Assembly: GCA_963700335.1 (NCBI GenBank)
Contig: CAVOXE010000004.1
Coordinates: forward strand, 124,633-188,632
DNA length: 64,000 nucleotides
Source: Nitrospirota bacterium
GTDB lineage: Bacteria; Nitrospirota; Nitrospiria; Nitrospirales; Nitrospiraceae
Direction of reading: 5' to 3'
Shown: positions 1-9,961 of the stretch, piece by piece
Numbering within the stretch: the stretch's first letter is position 1
How the letters are laid out: every line of letters begins with the position of its first letter
Notes under the pieces: model-generated
Told to the model about the DNA's origin: nothing
The model's input: only the letters and a program-made list of their open reading frames with translations
The model's database searches: none
Translations under genes and position numbers: made by a program

Positions 1-280
1 TATCAGTATCGATGCCGGATCGGTCGCCGAAAATTCGCCATCGTAGAATTTCAGCCATGATGGCGTGTGTTAACATGCCCGCTAATTGAGTATTCCTGTC
101 TCCCATTCAAATAGTCAACCTGACCGGACACGATCATACCCACCATAGATGCGCGGGAAGCTTCCCTTCGTCTTTACGAATCTTCTCACGGGAGCGTCGC
201 TTCCAGTAGTGGTGGAGTGGGTGACGGAGCTATTGCCGTAGCGGAATTGAGGGGTTATGGGAGGATGAACGAATGAGACG

Positions 281-1798
281 CTACACGAAGAACTGACTCG
301 GATTGATGCCATACTCGGTGTGATCGATCAACCGCTGGATGGACAAGCGATAACGCCCCTGGTCGTCCAGGTCGGCTAAATTGACTTCCGGCCCGTCGAT
401 CGCATCGCCCTGCACGTCACTAATCAATTTTACCCACGGACGATCCCCGGCGCCGGTCTGGTTCGTGCGGATTACGACTGCCAGTTCATGAGAATCGAGT
501 AAGACCAGGCTGCCGATGGGCACGATGCCGACGCAATTGATAAACAATTTTAAGAGAACGGGATCGAACGCTTCGCCGCTCTTGGAGAGCATGATCTTCA
601 AGACTTTCTCAGGGGGCATGGGCTGACGGCGATAGACGCGCGATGAGGTCATGGCATCATAACAATCGGCGATCGTGACAACCCGCGCCGTAAGGGATTG
701 ATTCCATGGGACGGACAGCTTGGGATAGCCGCTGAGATTACAATTCATATGGTGTTCGAAGGAAGCCGCCGCTAGACGGCCGGGCACATTGGAAATGCCA
801 CGCAAAGCGATCATCGTGAGGACGCCTTCGATTGGATGCGAGCGCATGAGTTGCCATTCTTCGTCCGAGAATTCGCCGGGCTTGTTGAGTACTTGTAGCG
901 GAATGCAGGACTTGCCGACATCGTGAAAGAGCGCGGCCAATCCCAGTTCGGAGAGGTCCGCTTTGGGATAGCCCGCGCGATTGGCCAGCGCAATGGAGAG
1001 AATGGACACGTTTACCGAATGGTTATGAGTATATTCGTCGTGGCAACGGAGGGTCGTCAAGCCAAGTAAGATTGACTCGTCGTTCTGCATGAGATCCACG
1101 ATATTCTGGATCGCCCGCTTCGCCTGCTTAAAGCTAATGGTTCGGCCTTCACGAAGAGTCTGGTCGAGCTCCTGAGCCGCGCTGGCCCCTTGAACGTAAT
1201 AATTCTTCGCGAGCGCCTTGATCTGCGTACGGGCTCCTCCGCCCACCGATTGCAATTCCTCGAGCTCGATACTGCTGACGCCCCGTTCGATCATCGTCTT
1301 GCGAAATTCCTCCAAGGATGATGTGTGCGGATCGAGGGAGACAAAGAGGTGTGCAAACTCGCGTAGGTCGGTGGATCCTATCGACTGGTGGAATAGAATC
1401 GCCCCTATCTTCCAGGCGCTCAGGCTATCCATGAACTTTGAGAAGACGGTAATTTGCTTCGCACTCATTTTGAGGTGCATCTCGCCCAGGAATAGAAATC
1501 CACCATGGAACCGGATGGCGACTGGTTGATCCTGTGCGAGGGTTTTAAGAATGGTCAGCAATGACTCGGTGGATTGATTCAGTGCGGCATTCGCTTGATC
1601 ATGAATGCGCGCCGTCTGAAACAGGGCATGGAGATACAGCACACATTGAGAGCCGAGCCAAAGCAGTTGTTGATCAAAAATATCTCTGGCGTCCGAGCCT
1701 CGCCCGATCTTGTTTCCCAACGATTTTTCATGGATTAAGATGGGTGCCGAAGGTGAATCGGCCGCTAATTGCGCTGTTTCTGAAGATTTGCTTTCCAT
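281..1798 (-). CDS. HD-GYP domain protein (putative cyclic-di-GMP phosphodiesterase), no receiver domain
   Basis: Track ORF 281..1861(-). The C-terminal half carries HD-GYP hallmarks (LFHDVGK, EHHMNCNLSGYP, ADCYDAMTSSRVYR). The ATG at 1798 with AGGA 5 nt upstream is preferred over the TTG at 1861. The N-terminal ~270 aa are unassigned. Confidence 0.8.
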   Translation of the reverse strand: MESKSSETAQLAADSPSAPILIHEKSLGNKIGRGSDARDIFDQQLLWLGSQCVLYLHALFQTARIHDQANAALNQSTESLLTILKTLAQDQPVAIRFHGGFLFLGEMHLKMSAKQITVFSKFMDSLSAWKIGAILFHQSIGSTDLREFAHLFVSLDPHTSSLEEFRKTMIERGVSSIELEELQSVGGGARTQIKALAKNYYVQGASAAQELDQTLREGRTISFKQAKRAIQNIVDLMQNDESILLGLTTLRCHDEYTHNHSVNVSILSIALANRAGYPKADLSELGLAALFHDVGKSCIPLQVLNKPGEFSDEEWQLMRSHPIEGVLTMIALRGISNVPGRLAAASFEHHMNCNLSGYPKLSVPWNQSLTARVVTIADCYDAMTSSRVYRRQPMPPEKVLKIMLSKSGEAFDPVLLKLFINCVGIVPIGSLVLLDSHELAVVIRTNQTGAGDRPWVKLISDVQGDAIDGPEVNLADLDDQGRYRLSIQRLIDHTEYGINPSQFFV

Positions 1799-2025
1799 AT
1801 CAATCCTGATGAGCGCACAGAGAATCCCTTCAAGTGTCCCCACTACTCCGGAGTTTGTCAAACGGCAGACATAGAGAAGCGCGGGATTGCCTCGATGGGC
1901 TCAAGAGGGCGATGGACGGTCCGTGCACGGGTCAACAGCTAAAGAATGCACAAGATGGTACGGAGGGCGAGTAGTGGTTGAGATGGATGCGGTCCTGATC
2001 AAGCGTAAGAAGTTTAAGGGGATTC

Positions 2026-3102
2026 TCAACAATCGGCGAACGCCTGCATGATGTGCATAACCTCGTCCATCGACCCAAGAAAGAGATCGAGCAGGGTAGG
2101 ATCAAAATCTTTACCGCGTCGGCCACTCATAATGTCGATCGCTTCGTCCACCGGGAACGCAGGCTTATAGACCCGTTTGGTCGTGAGCGCATCGAAGTTG
2201 TCGGCAATCGCAACGATACGGCCTTCTAAGGGAATGTCTTCGCCCTTCAAACCTCTTGGATAGCCGGACCCATCATATTTCTCGTGATGGGTGTATGCGA
2301 TCGTGGCGGCGACTTGCAGTAACTCCGATTGTGAACCGGCCAAAATGCGATAACCCATTTCGGGGTGAAGCGAAATCGCCTTAAATTCCTCCGGCGTAAA
2401 TTTTCCAGCCTTGAGCAGCACATGGTCGGGGGTGCCGATCTTTCCAATGTCGTGCATCGGACTGGCCAGGCGGATGAGTTCGCAACGTTCGGAAGGGAGC
2501 CCGTAGAGGCCGGCCAATAGGGCGGCATAGTGACTCATCCGTTGGATGTGTTGGGCCGTCGATTCATCACGATATTCTGCCGCAATCGCCAATCGGCGTA
2601 TAGTTTCCTCCTGTGACAGCCGCAGTTCCTTTTGCGTTCGTTCGAGATTGTCGATTGCGCCATGCAAGGCGACCGTCCGAGCGGAGATGAGCGCTTCAAG
2701 CTGAGCCCTGTGCGCCTCGTTTTCGATCTCGAGGCGCCGCCGGCGAAGGGCGTTTGCAACATTGATCACCACTTCGTTCGTCTCGAAGGGCTTTAAAATA
2801 TAACCATAAGCGCCGTGCTCGATAGCCGCCGCGGCCAGTTGGGGACTATCTAAGCCTGTCACCATGACGGCAGCGGTGTGAGGATAACGCTCGCGGACAT
2901 ATTGAACGAGCTCCAGACCGGACATGCCCGGCATATTGATGTCACAGAGCAGCAGGTCATACTCCCGTTCGCTCAACCGTTGCATGGCCGTCTTACTGTC
3001 AGCCGCCGAGGCGCATTGATATCCGTACTGTTCCAGTACGCGACCCAACATGTGTTGGATGGGAGCTTCGTCGTCGACGATGAGAATGCGACCCTTGTCC
3101 AT
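2026..3102 (-). CDS. Response regulator with CheY-like receiver fused to an HD-GYP domain (RpfG family)
   Basis: Receiver motifs ILIVDDEAPI and LLCDINMPGMSG come first, then a coiled-coil linker. The HD-GYP motifs MHDIGKIG, HHEKYDGSGYPRGL and IADNFDALTTKRVYK follow. Clean ATG start. Confidence 0.88.
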   Translation of the reverse strand: MDKGRILIVDDEAPIQHMLGRVLEQYGYQCASAADSKTAMQRLSEREYDLLLCDINMPGMSGLELVQYVRERYPHTAAVMVTGLDSPQLAAAAIEHGAYGYILKPFETNEVVINVANALRRRRLEIENEAHRAQLEALISARTVALHGAIDNLERTQKELRLSQEETIRRLAIAAEYRDESTAQHIQRMSHYAALLAGLYGLPSERCELIRLASPMHDIGKIGTPDHVLLKAGKFTPEEFKAISLHPEMGYRILAGSQSELLQVAATIAYTHHEKYDGSGYPRGLKGEDIPLEGRIVAIADNFDALTTKRVYKPAFPVDEAIDIMSGRRGKDFDPTLLDLFLGSMDEVMHIMQAFADC

Positions 3103-3334
3103 AGGATTTCCTATTATGACCGAGTTTTACTGAGTGTCAATCTCAGAACGATCAGGGATCGGTATGTGTCTCCATCGGTTCGCACCCGGACGTTCGACGG
3201 CGTGGGACATCGCCTCAAGAAAAATCTGCCACCATCGCTGGCACAGACAGGCGGGGTGAGTCTGGATAGACGCCGGAGCGTGAACCGATAGGGAGGACTG
3301 ACGAATGAATAATGCGAATTAGAGAAGCGATCGT

Positions 3335-4363
3335 TTAACCCGAGGTGTGTCGGTCGACAGCCGGGCGTTCGTCTCCTAATGTCGTGCCCGGTATCAGATA
3401 GTGTTGGACACAGTCCTCGACTGCCTTGGCCAGCGGAGTAATCGGCTGGCTGTACGCGGTCGCACGCAATCGATCGAGTCGGGCGCACGTCGAGTATTGA
3501 TATTTCTCCCGTAGTTCTTCGGGCATGTCGATGAATTCAATCTTGGATGGTTTTCCGTAGGCACGAAAAACGGACTCAATCAATTCTAGCCATGTCGACG
3601 CTCGTCCCGAGCCGATGTTGAACAGACCTCCGGCCTTTTCGCTCTGGGCGAGATGGATGGTCATCGAGACAGCGTCTTTAACATAGAGAAAGTCGCGCTG
3701 TTGGCAGCCATCGGCAAAAGCAGGCCGATAGCTCCGGAACAGCCGTACGGTGCCGGTCGCACGAATCTGCTCGATGGCCTTGTGCACCATGCTGCGCATG
3801 GCCCCTTTATGATATTCATTAGGGCCGAAGACGTTGAAGTACTTTAAGCCCACCATCTGATCGAGAAAACCGTGTTGCTGGGCATAGCAATCAAACAGGT
3901 GTTTCGAATAGCCATACATATTGAGAGGACGTAAGGTCGAGAGCGCCAGGTCTTCGTTGAGATTCTGTTCGAGCCCGCCGTACGTGGCCGCTGAAGATGC
4001 ATATACAAATCGCGCTCCCTGACCCAAGGCCCATTCTGCCAGCCGCTTCGTATATTCAAAATTGTTGCGGATGAGATATGCGCCATCTTTTTCGGTCGTA
4101 TCCGTGCATGCCCCAAGATGAAAGACCAGCTTGATTTTGTTCAGTGAGGCCGGCTGTTCGCGCACGCGACGGTCCAGGTCGTCCGCTTCCAGATAATCGA
4201 GGAAGCGCAGCGGGGATAAATTCTTCCATTTGTCCGACTGCCGCAAGAAATCGGCAATGATAATATTGCGTTGGCCGAGTTGGTTCAGTGCCCACACAAT
4301 GGCACTACCGATCAAGCCTGCCCCGCCGGTCACCAGAATGCGGTCATCGGAGAAGTCGCGCAT
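3335..4363 (-). CDS. hldD: ADP-L-glycero-D-manno-heptose 6-epimerase
   Basis: Collinear with E. coli HldD/RfaD: VTGGAGLIGS Rossmann motif, HLGACTDTTE, YASSAATYGG, LNMYGYSK, YFNVFGPNEYHKGAMRS, QQRDFLYVKD. Confidence 0.85.
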   Translation of the reverse strand: MRDFSDDRILVTGGAGLIGSAIVWALNQLGQRNIIIADFLRQSDKWKNLSPLRFLDYLEADDLDRRVREQPASLNKIKLVFHLGACTDTTEKDGAYLIRNNFEYTKRLAEWALGQGARFVYASSAATYGGLEQNLNEDLALSTLRPLNMYGYSKHLFDCYAQQHGFLDQMVGLKYFNVFGPNEYHKGAMRSMVHKAIEQIRATGTVRLFRSYRPAFADGCQQRDFLYVKDAVSMTIHLAQSEKAGGLFNIGSGRASTWLELIESVFRAYGKPSKIEFIDMPEELREKYQYSTCARLDRLRATAYSQPITPLAKAVEDCVQHYLIPGTTLGDERPAVDRHTSG

Positions 4364-4462
4364 AGTTCTTTCACCATTCTGTTTGTAGAGCTGTCGACAA
4401 TAACCGTGAAGTGTACTCGGATCGTCGCGGCATTTCCACGTGTATAGCTAAAGGGAGCGCGC

Positions 4463-5665
4463 ATGATCATTCGACAGCCCTTTAGGCAACTTTGCGTAGT
4501 TGCCTGGCTGGTGAGCGCCATGGCCTTGGCAGTCGTCCCCTCATTAAGGGTTGAGGCGGGTGACACCGCTTCGATTCAAGCCAGAGTATTGCCTCCATTA
4601 GCAAAGGATATCGTCGCGCTCATCCCGCCGATTCGTTTCGCCGGAGTGAATGTCGAAGGCGGAGGGGAGATCACGCTTTCATTGGTTGATATCGTGTATT
4701 GTGGGAACGATCCACGACAGGTTCCCAAGTTGCTCGGCATTGTGTACCCGGGAGAGCAACCTTCTCGGCCAGCGCCCGCGTTGCAAGTAGAGGATTGCCA
4801 CGGCTTGCCCGCGGGAATTCTCAAACGAATCATCTCGCGCTCCGACACGCCTTCTTGGGTGGGACTGCTTGAATTGAGTGGGATGTGGAAGCCCTGGCAA
4901 GTGGAGTTGACCCCAACCAAGCTCCACGGTGTGGCGAAGTCTGCGCATCCCAAAATAGACATGCGGCTCTCACCGCAGGCCAGCCAAGTCTACCCGACCT
5001 CGTTTACCGTACCCATCGCCGGTGGCAAAGCTCTGCCGCTCCATTTCGCGATGGGAGGGGTCGGCACTGCGTGGATCGTGGACGCGTTGGTCGTCGAGTC
5101 GCCTCCGGCATCCTTTGCTCCGAAATTTACGCATCCGCTGAATGACGCCTTGCCTTCCGGAACTAATGCGATTGTGACCATGCCTCATGCATTGGCCAAT
5201 ACCATCCTTGGACAATATCTGGCGGGCGAAACGTATGCCATTCCAGTTGCACGATCTGCGCCGGCTTTGACGGTGAAGAGTCCGAGCGTGGCAGGGAGCC
5301 AAGATCGCTATCTCACGACCTCTGTCTTGGGGATGCGGGAATTTCCCGATGCGTTCAACCTGAAGCTGGAATGGACTGGCCGCGATCTACGACTCGCCAA
5401 GCTCGCCATGACGGCACGTGAGCTCGCGTGCGGCTCCGATGTCGTCTGTCAAATTAAGCGCGCCGGCGCCGACGCCCTGGCTGGCTCTATCGGACAACTG
5501 CTCAGGACACAGTACAACGGCGCGCTCTTACGCACGCTTATTCTGCAAGATGTCATCGCAGTGAAGTTGAGTGAAAAGGAAATCAAGATCCACGCCGAGG
5601 TGCTTCGCGCCGAATCTTCCGCTACAGACCTGATTCTCTACACCAAGATTACCTTTGTGCCCTAA
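4463..5665 (+). CDS. Hypothetical secreted protein
   Basis: 400-aa ORF with an N-terminal signal-like segment (LCVVAWLVSAMALAVVPSLRVEA). I recognise no family signature. Confidence 0.55.
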   Translation: MIIRQPFRQLCVVAWLVSAMALAVVPSLRVEAGDTASIQARVLPPLAKDIVALIPPIRFAGVNVEGGGEITLSLVDIVYCGNDPRQVPKLLGIVYPGEQPSRPAPALQVEDCHGLPAGILKRIISRSDTPSWVGLLELSGMWKPWQVELTPTKLHGVAKSAHPKIDMRLSPQASQVYPTSFTVPIAGGKALPLHFAMGGVGTAWIVDALVVESPPASFAPKFTHPLNDALPSGTNAIVTMPHALANTILGQYLAGETYAIPVARSAPALTVKSPSVAGSQDRYLTTSVLGMREFPDAFNLKLEWTGRDLRLAKLAMTARELACGSDVVCQIKRAGADALAGSIGQLLRTQYNGALLRTLILQDVIAVKLSEKEIKIHAEVLRAESSATDLILYTKITFVP

Positions 5666-5838
5666 CGATCAAACTACTCGTGTCAGCCGTCTATTTTTCA
5701 AATGTTTACCATGCTGCCATCCAGCCATTGTCCTACTCTTCTGCAAGCGAAATGACCGACATGGCCCCGTGAGCATACCCGGATGGTACTGGGCGCGCTG
5801 GCATTTTATGGTAGAGAAAACAGTAGGCAGGAGGATGA

Positions 5839-6375
5839 ATGAAGATTTCACTTATAGCCCTAAGCGCGTGTCTCATCTTAGAAGGCTTGATTGCGGGCTG
5901 TACGACTCCTTCTCAGGATTCGCCGTCCAGATCGCATACGGTGAGGAAGGACACCGTGCCGACGTCACCGGCAATTCGGAAACCGATTCGTGACACCACG
6001 GACGACACGGCGGTGGATAAGATGAATAGTCAGTCGCAGTCAGGTGCCCGTCAACGCACCATCCCCTCAGACGAGGCAGTCGCCGCAGACGATACCGGAA
6101 ACAATGCGCGCGACCGGGATGGGAAAACGTTAACACCTATGGATCAATCTTCAGATCCTAAAGATATCGAGATTACTCGCCAGATTCGCAAGGCGGTGAT
6201 GGCGGATGACTCGTTATCGACAACGGCCAAGAATATCAAAATTATTACCATCGATGGAGCGGCCACATTGCGGGGTCCTGTCGAAAGCAGCAGCGAGCGT
6301 ATCAACATTGGAAAGAAGGCCAACGTGATCGCTCCGGGCAAGGTCAACAATCAGCTTGAAGTGACCGTTCGGTAA
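5839..6375 (+). CDS. BON domain lipoprotein
   Basis: Signal peptide with lipobox (LEGLIAGC). The C-terminal segment TRQIRKAVMADDSLSTTAKNIKIITIDGAATLRGPVESSSE matches the BON (OsmY-like) pattern. GGAGG-like RBS upstream. Confidence 0.7.
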   Translation: MKISLIALSACLILEGLIAGCTTPSQDSPSRSHTVRKDTVPTSPAIRKPIRDTTDDTAVDKMNSQSQSGARQRTIPSDEAVAADDTGNNARDRDGKTLTPMDQSSDPKDIEITRQIRKAVMADDSLSTTAKNIKIITIDGAATLRGPVESSSERINIGKKANVIAPGKVNNQLEVTVR

Positions 6376-6403
6376 AGTTGAACGCTTCAAATAAGGAGTC
6401 GCT

Positions 6404-6922
6404 ATGTCAAATGCAGTATTTTGTATTGCCACGAACTACGGCCAGGCGGAAACCATTGTGGGAAATCTCAAGAGCGCCGGGTTTGCCAATCAAGACATAT
6501 CCGTGCTGCTGCCCGACAAGCAAGGTACACGCGATTTTGCACATGAAATGAATACCAAAGCGCCGGAAGGTGCAGTGGCGGGCGCGGGGACTGGTGGAGT
6601 CCTGGGTGGCGTCTTAGGATGGTTGGCCGGTATCGGGTCTTTGGCCATTCCTGGAGTCGGGCCGTTTGTCGCTGCCGGTCCCATCATGGCCGCGTTAGGC
6701 GGCGCCGCCGTAGGGGCAACCGTCGGCGGACTGGCAGGAACCTTGGTTGGGCTCGGCATCCCCGAATATGAAGCCAAGCAATACGAAGGCAAATTGCGCG
6801 AGGGGAACATCCTCATTTCCGTACACTCTGAGAGCGGGAAGGAAACGGATCGAGCCAAGAAAATTTTCGAGACAGCCGGGGCGCGAGACATTGCCTCAGC
6901 CTCTGAAAAAAAGGTCGGGTAA
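6404..6922 (+). CDS. YflT-like general-stress domain protein with a central glycine-zipper membrane segment
   Basis: N-terminus (VFCIATNYGQAETIVGNLKSAGFANQDISVLLPDK) resembles the YflT/general stress fold. The central stretch (GAGTGGVLGGVLGWLAGIGSLAIPGVGPFVAAGPIMAALGGAAVGATVGGLAG) is a Gly-zipper. RBS AAGGAG upstream. Confidence 0.6.
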   Translation: MSNAVFCIATNYGQAETIVGNLKSAGFANQDISVLLPDKQGTRDFAHEMNTKAPEGAVAGAGTGGVLGGVLGWLAGIGSLAIPGVGPFVAAGPIMAALGGAAVGATVGGLAGTLVGLGIPEYEAKQYEGKLREGNILISVHSESGKETDRAKKIFETAGARDIASASEKKVG

Positions 6923-6943
6923 GCGCTTAAATCTTGACCAGCG

Positions 6944-6975
6944 GAAATTGTGCCAGTGCACGGCGGCACAATTTC
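6944..6975. terminator. Strong hairpin between convergent genes (candidate bidirectional terminator)
   Basis: An 11-bp perfect inverted repeat gaaattgtgcc / ggcacaatttc (6944-6954 and 6965-6975) with a 10-nt loop, 22 nt after the stop of 6404..6922. There is no clear U-tract. Confidence 0.4.
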
Positions 6976-7101
6976 TAGATTCACAGTTCCGCGTCTCTGA
7001 CGGCTGACCAACCGGAAAGTTGCTGCGGAAGACCAAAAACACAAGAGATTTGACTCCGGCAGTTGAGTGCCTGTCTTTCGTCTAATGAAGTTTCTCGCCC
7101 A

Positions 7102-8940
7102 TTATACGGGTGCGACTACACCTGCTTGATCCAAAAGATCGACCATGGTGAATGTTCCGCTATTGGTCAGTGTGGGTGTCCAGGCCGGGTTTTGATTGAG
7201 ATAGGACGTGGGATCATGTTGGAGCAACCCCGCGAACACGTCAGCTACAATCTTTCCGCCGACAGGTCCCAACTGCTGGCCCTGCTGTAACACTTCCGCC
7301 TCCCTCAAGATATAGAACCATAATGGCGTCTGCGTATCCAAACCCAGAGACTTCACGTCTGCAAAGGCAGTGGCAGGAAGGGGAGTGAGCCCCATGGCTT
7401 GGGCAATAGCCTGACCGGAAGGGATTTCAAAGGTGAGATGCCGCAGCAAATTCCGCTGTGCAAGCGATTGCGGTTCCGCGTCCGTAAGGTTCAGCGGACC
7501 AGGGACCGTCGGCAGATCGAAGAGTCCCGATGAGAGATGCGTATCGATTTTCTTATTTGGCCGAGCATTCCCGTCGCCAAAATCAAAAAATGTTTGCCAG
7601 TCGACGAAGCGACGCGGAGCGCGCTCACCCCCGCGCAGGTCCGCGTGATCCTGAGATGGACTCAAACTATCGTCGAAAATTAGCGCGAAGAATTCTTCGC
7701 CCGGTTCGGGGCCGAAATTCGCGCGATAGCTGGGCCGTACTTGTGAATGGCCGAATCGATAGGCTGCGGTTGAAAACTCCACGGGAATAGACGCATCTTT
7801 CTGCGCGTCAAAGAACATAGGACCGCTACGTAACTCATTCGTAGTCAGCTCAGGACCGACGGTCTTGGGAAGAAATTCATGGGTAATGATCCATTGATAG
7901 TGCCACTGAACCAGGCGTTGTGCTTGCGAAAAGATTTCCGCCGGATCGACAAGGCCGGAAGTCGTCGAGATTTGATCCACGATGGCATTATGGAACTTCT
8001 CAAAGGCCAGGTGGAGCTGGGAAATAACCAAATTTTCATCGTTCCGTGGATCGCCGATAATGGCCTGGCCTGTAGAATCACGCGGCACATCATAACGCTG
8101 CACTCCTCCACGTGACTCAGGCACTGACCCGGGGATCTCTTCAATTAAGAACTTGATCCCGCGGCCGGCGGACGATTGATCGTACAACTGGGGCGAGCCG
8201 ATGGGTCCGCCTCCATAGACGCTATCCAGGTCGAACGCAGGCGTGCGAGAATTCAGCGTAGTGGTGGGGTCTTGCGCTTGCCCCAGAATAGACGATCGAT
8301 CGAAGGTCAGATCGTGATCCAAAAACTGCCCAAGGAACGTCATGCCGGCGGTCATGGCTGGGTTGTCCGGATTGTTGAGGGATTTGCTGGGATCCGTAAT
8401 GAGGGTTCTGGGGTTGCTGACGTCGTCACCGGCGTCTAGAATGCCGCCCCGTTTCCCGAGTTCCATAAGAGCACTTTGGACAGCGGCGGTATTGGGTGCA
8501 AATGACGGCAGATCAGGAAACAGTCGACTGAAGTCTGACGCCGCGATAGAAGGTGAGGCTGACGATGATTGAATCAGCGAATTGAAAAGCGATGGATCTC
8601 TGGTTAAAAGATCACTGACCGTCTGCGTCTGTTGCGGGATGATGCCCGTAGGACTCGTGACGACGGAGGACATCGACGTCGGCTGCTGCCCCATGGTGGC
8701 AAACGACGAGGCTTCTCTCACTAACAAGTCGGCGACACTGAGCGTTTGCTGAGCGTCGGCTTGAGCGGAAAGCACGGTGACCGCTGCCGGTTGTGGCGTT
8801 GCGACTGCTTGTTCTTGATTAATCTGTACGGCCGCCGGGACATCGGCGGAAAGTAAGATGCGAGCTTCCAGCGCTTCAAGGGCATAGGCAGTGGTTCTTC
8901 GTGGCTGATGACGGTAGTTGTCTGGTTGTTTTTTCTTGTC
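7102..8940 (-). CDS. Animal-haem-peroxidase family protein, secreted
   Basis: Track ORF 7102..8982(-). Family motifs FLGQFLDHDLTFD, RNDENLVISQLH and AAYRFGHSQVRP. The N-terminus has a basic stretch plus LEALEARILLSADVP. The ATG at 8940 (GGGGTGA upstream) is preferred to the ATG at 8982. Confidence 0.8.
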   Translation of the reverse strand, partial: DKKKQPDNYRHQPRRTTAYALEALEARILLSADVPAAVQINQEQAVATPQPAAVTVLSAQADAQQTLSVADLLVREASSFATMGQQPTSMSSVVTSPTGIIPQQTQTVSDLLTRDPSLFNSLIQSSSASPSIAASDFSRLFPDLPSFAPNTAAVQSALMELGKRGGILDAGDDVSNPRTLITDPSKSLNNPDNPAMTAGMTFLGQFLDHDLTFDRSSILGQAQDPTTTLNSRTPAFDLDSVYGGGPIGSPQLYDQSSAGRGIKFLIEEIPGSVPESRGGVQRYDVPRDSTGQAIIGDPRNDENLVISQLHLAFEKFHNAIVDQISTTSGLVDPAEIFSQAQRLVQWHYQWIITHEFLPKTVGPELTTNELRSGPMFFDAQKDASIPVEFSTAAYRFGHSQVRPSYRANFGPEPGEEFFALIFDDSLSPSQDHADLRGGERAPRRFVDWQTFFDFGDGNARPNKKIDTHLSSGLFDLPTVPGPLNLTDAEPQSLAQRNLLRHLTFEIPSGQAIAQAMGLTPLPATAFADVKSLGLDTQTPLWFYILREAEVLQQGQQLGPVGGKIVADVFAGLLQHDPTSYLNQNPAWTPTLTNSGTFTMVDLLDQAGVVAPV

Positions 8941-9381
8941 CATCTGCTCACCCCTTGAGAAATAGCTGGATTTTCCACTCATGAATACTCAGTCAGGTGG
9001 GATATACGATGCGAGCAGTAGTAATTAATCGCAATAGGAAAAACAATGGATATTATGGGGGCCCTGGGCTCGTTTGTATCAAGGCCGAGCTTTGTCCAGA
9101 CCCTCCCACCTTTGGTGTGAGAACCACGCCATGGATGAGGAAGAAGCAGGATGAAGAAAGACAAGACAACGGTCGGAGATTTTTCTGGATGAGTTGTTGC
9201 GTTCCTCCTTCATGAATCGAGATCAATGTTCATATTCGATGGAGCCCCGCTTGCAGGATCTCAGGATCTATGGACGAACTGCGACTCTTCCACTACTGAA
9301 CTGAATGCAACTAGACACCAGTTGGCTGTTCCTGTATAAAGACATACCTCTCCAGCACGATGTTCGATCGTCACCGCGAGA

Positions 9382-9456
9382 GCGGGCGTAGCTCAGTGGT
9401 AGAGTCCTAGCTTCCCAAGCTAGTTGTCAGGGGTTCAAATCCCCTCGCCCGCTCCA
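9382..9456 (+). tRNA. tRNA-Gly (anticodon CCC), CCA encoded
   Basis: Manual cloverleaf. Acceptor GCGGGCG/CGCCCGC and D-loop AGTGGTA. Anticodon arm CTAGC-TTCCCAA-GCTAG. T-arm AGGGG-TTCAAAT-CCCCT. Discriminator T followed by CCA. Confidence 0.95.
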
Positions 9457-9683
9457 AATTTATTTTTGTGCTCCTCGACCGTGTGGCGAACAGGGTGATG
9501 TGTTCGCACCGGGTACCTGCACGACTGATTTCCATCTTTGGCTGGCCTCTCGCCTGTCTTAGTTAGGTTCTCGACGCTCAATTGTGATCCTGTCCGCCTT
9601 TCGTCCTAAGACTCCTGCCCAATTGTTTGCTCATGGAAGATCTCCTAGGCTGAGTGCTCTGACATTGAACTAAGGAGGTCACT

Positions 9684-9848
9684 ATGTCTTGTCCACGTTG
9701 CTCCGGTCTCCTCGTACCCGAGTCGTTAGAGGATCGAGAAAGTACCTATTTGAAATGTTTGGCGTTCAAATGTGTGAGCTGCGGAAATGTCGTCGATCCC
9801 CTGATTACGAAGCATCGCCAACTAGGGCAACCCTCTTACCGACTGTAA
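9684..9848 (+). CDS. Small (54 aa) four-cysteine zinc-ribbon protein
   Basis: Too short for the ORF track. ATG at 9684 lies 5 nt after AAGGAGG. Translation: MSCPRCSGLLVPESLEDRESTYLKCLAFKCVSCGNVVDPLITKHRQLGQPSYRL. It has CxxC...CxxC and is a paralogue of 21569..21793. Confidence 0.5.
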   Translation: MSCPRCSGLLVPESLEDRESTYLKCLAFKCVSCGNVVDPLITKHRQLGQPSYRL

Positions 9849-9961
9849 AAGGAGATGGCAAGCAAGGACATTGTTGCTCACTCGTGCGCGTGTCCGCATT
9901 GCACCGTCTCCGTATGAACTTGGCCATGGTATAGTGAAGCACGATACTTTGCCGGCTGCTG

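Noticed and set aside
1-76. Possible 5' end of a leftward gene (ATG at 76..74, MLTHAIMAEILRWRIFGDRSGIDTD...) running off the window
   Set aside because: Only 25 codons are visible, with no recognisable motif or clear RBS. It cannot be supported.
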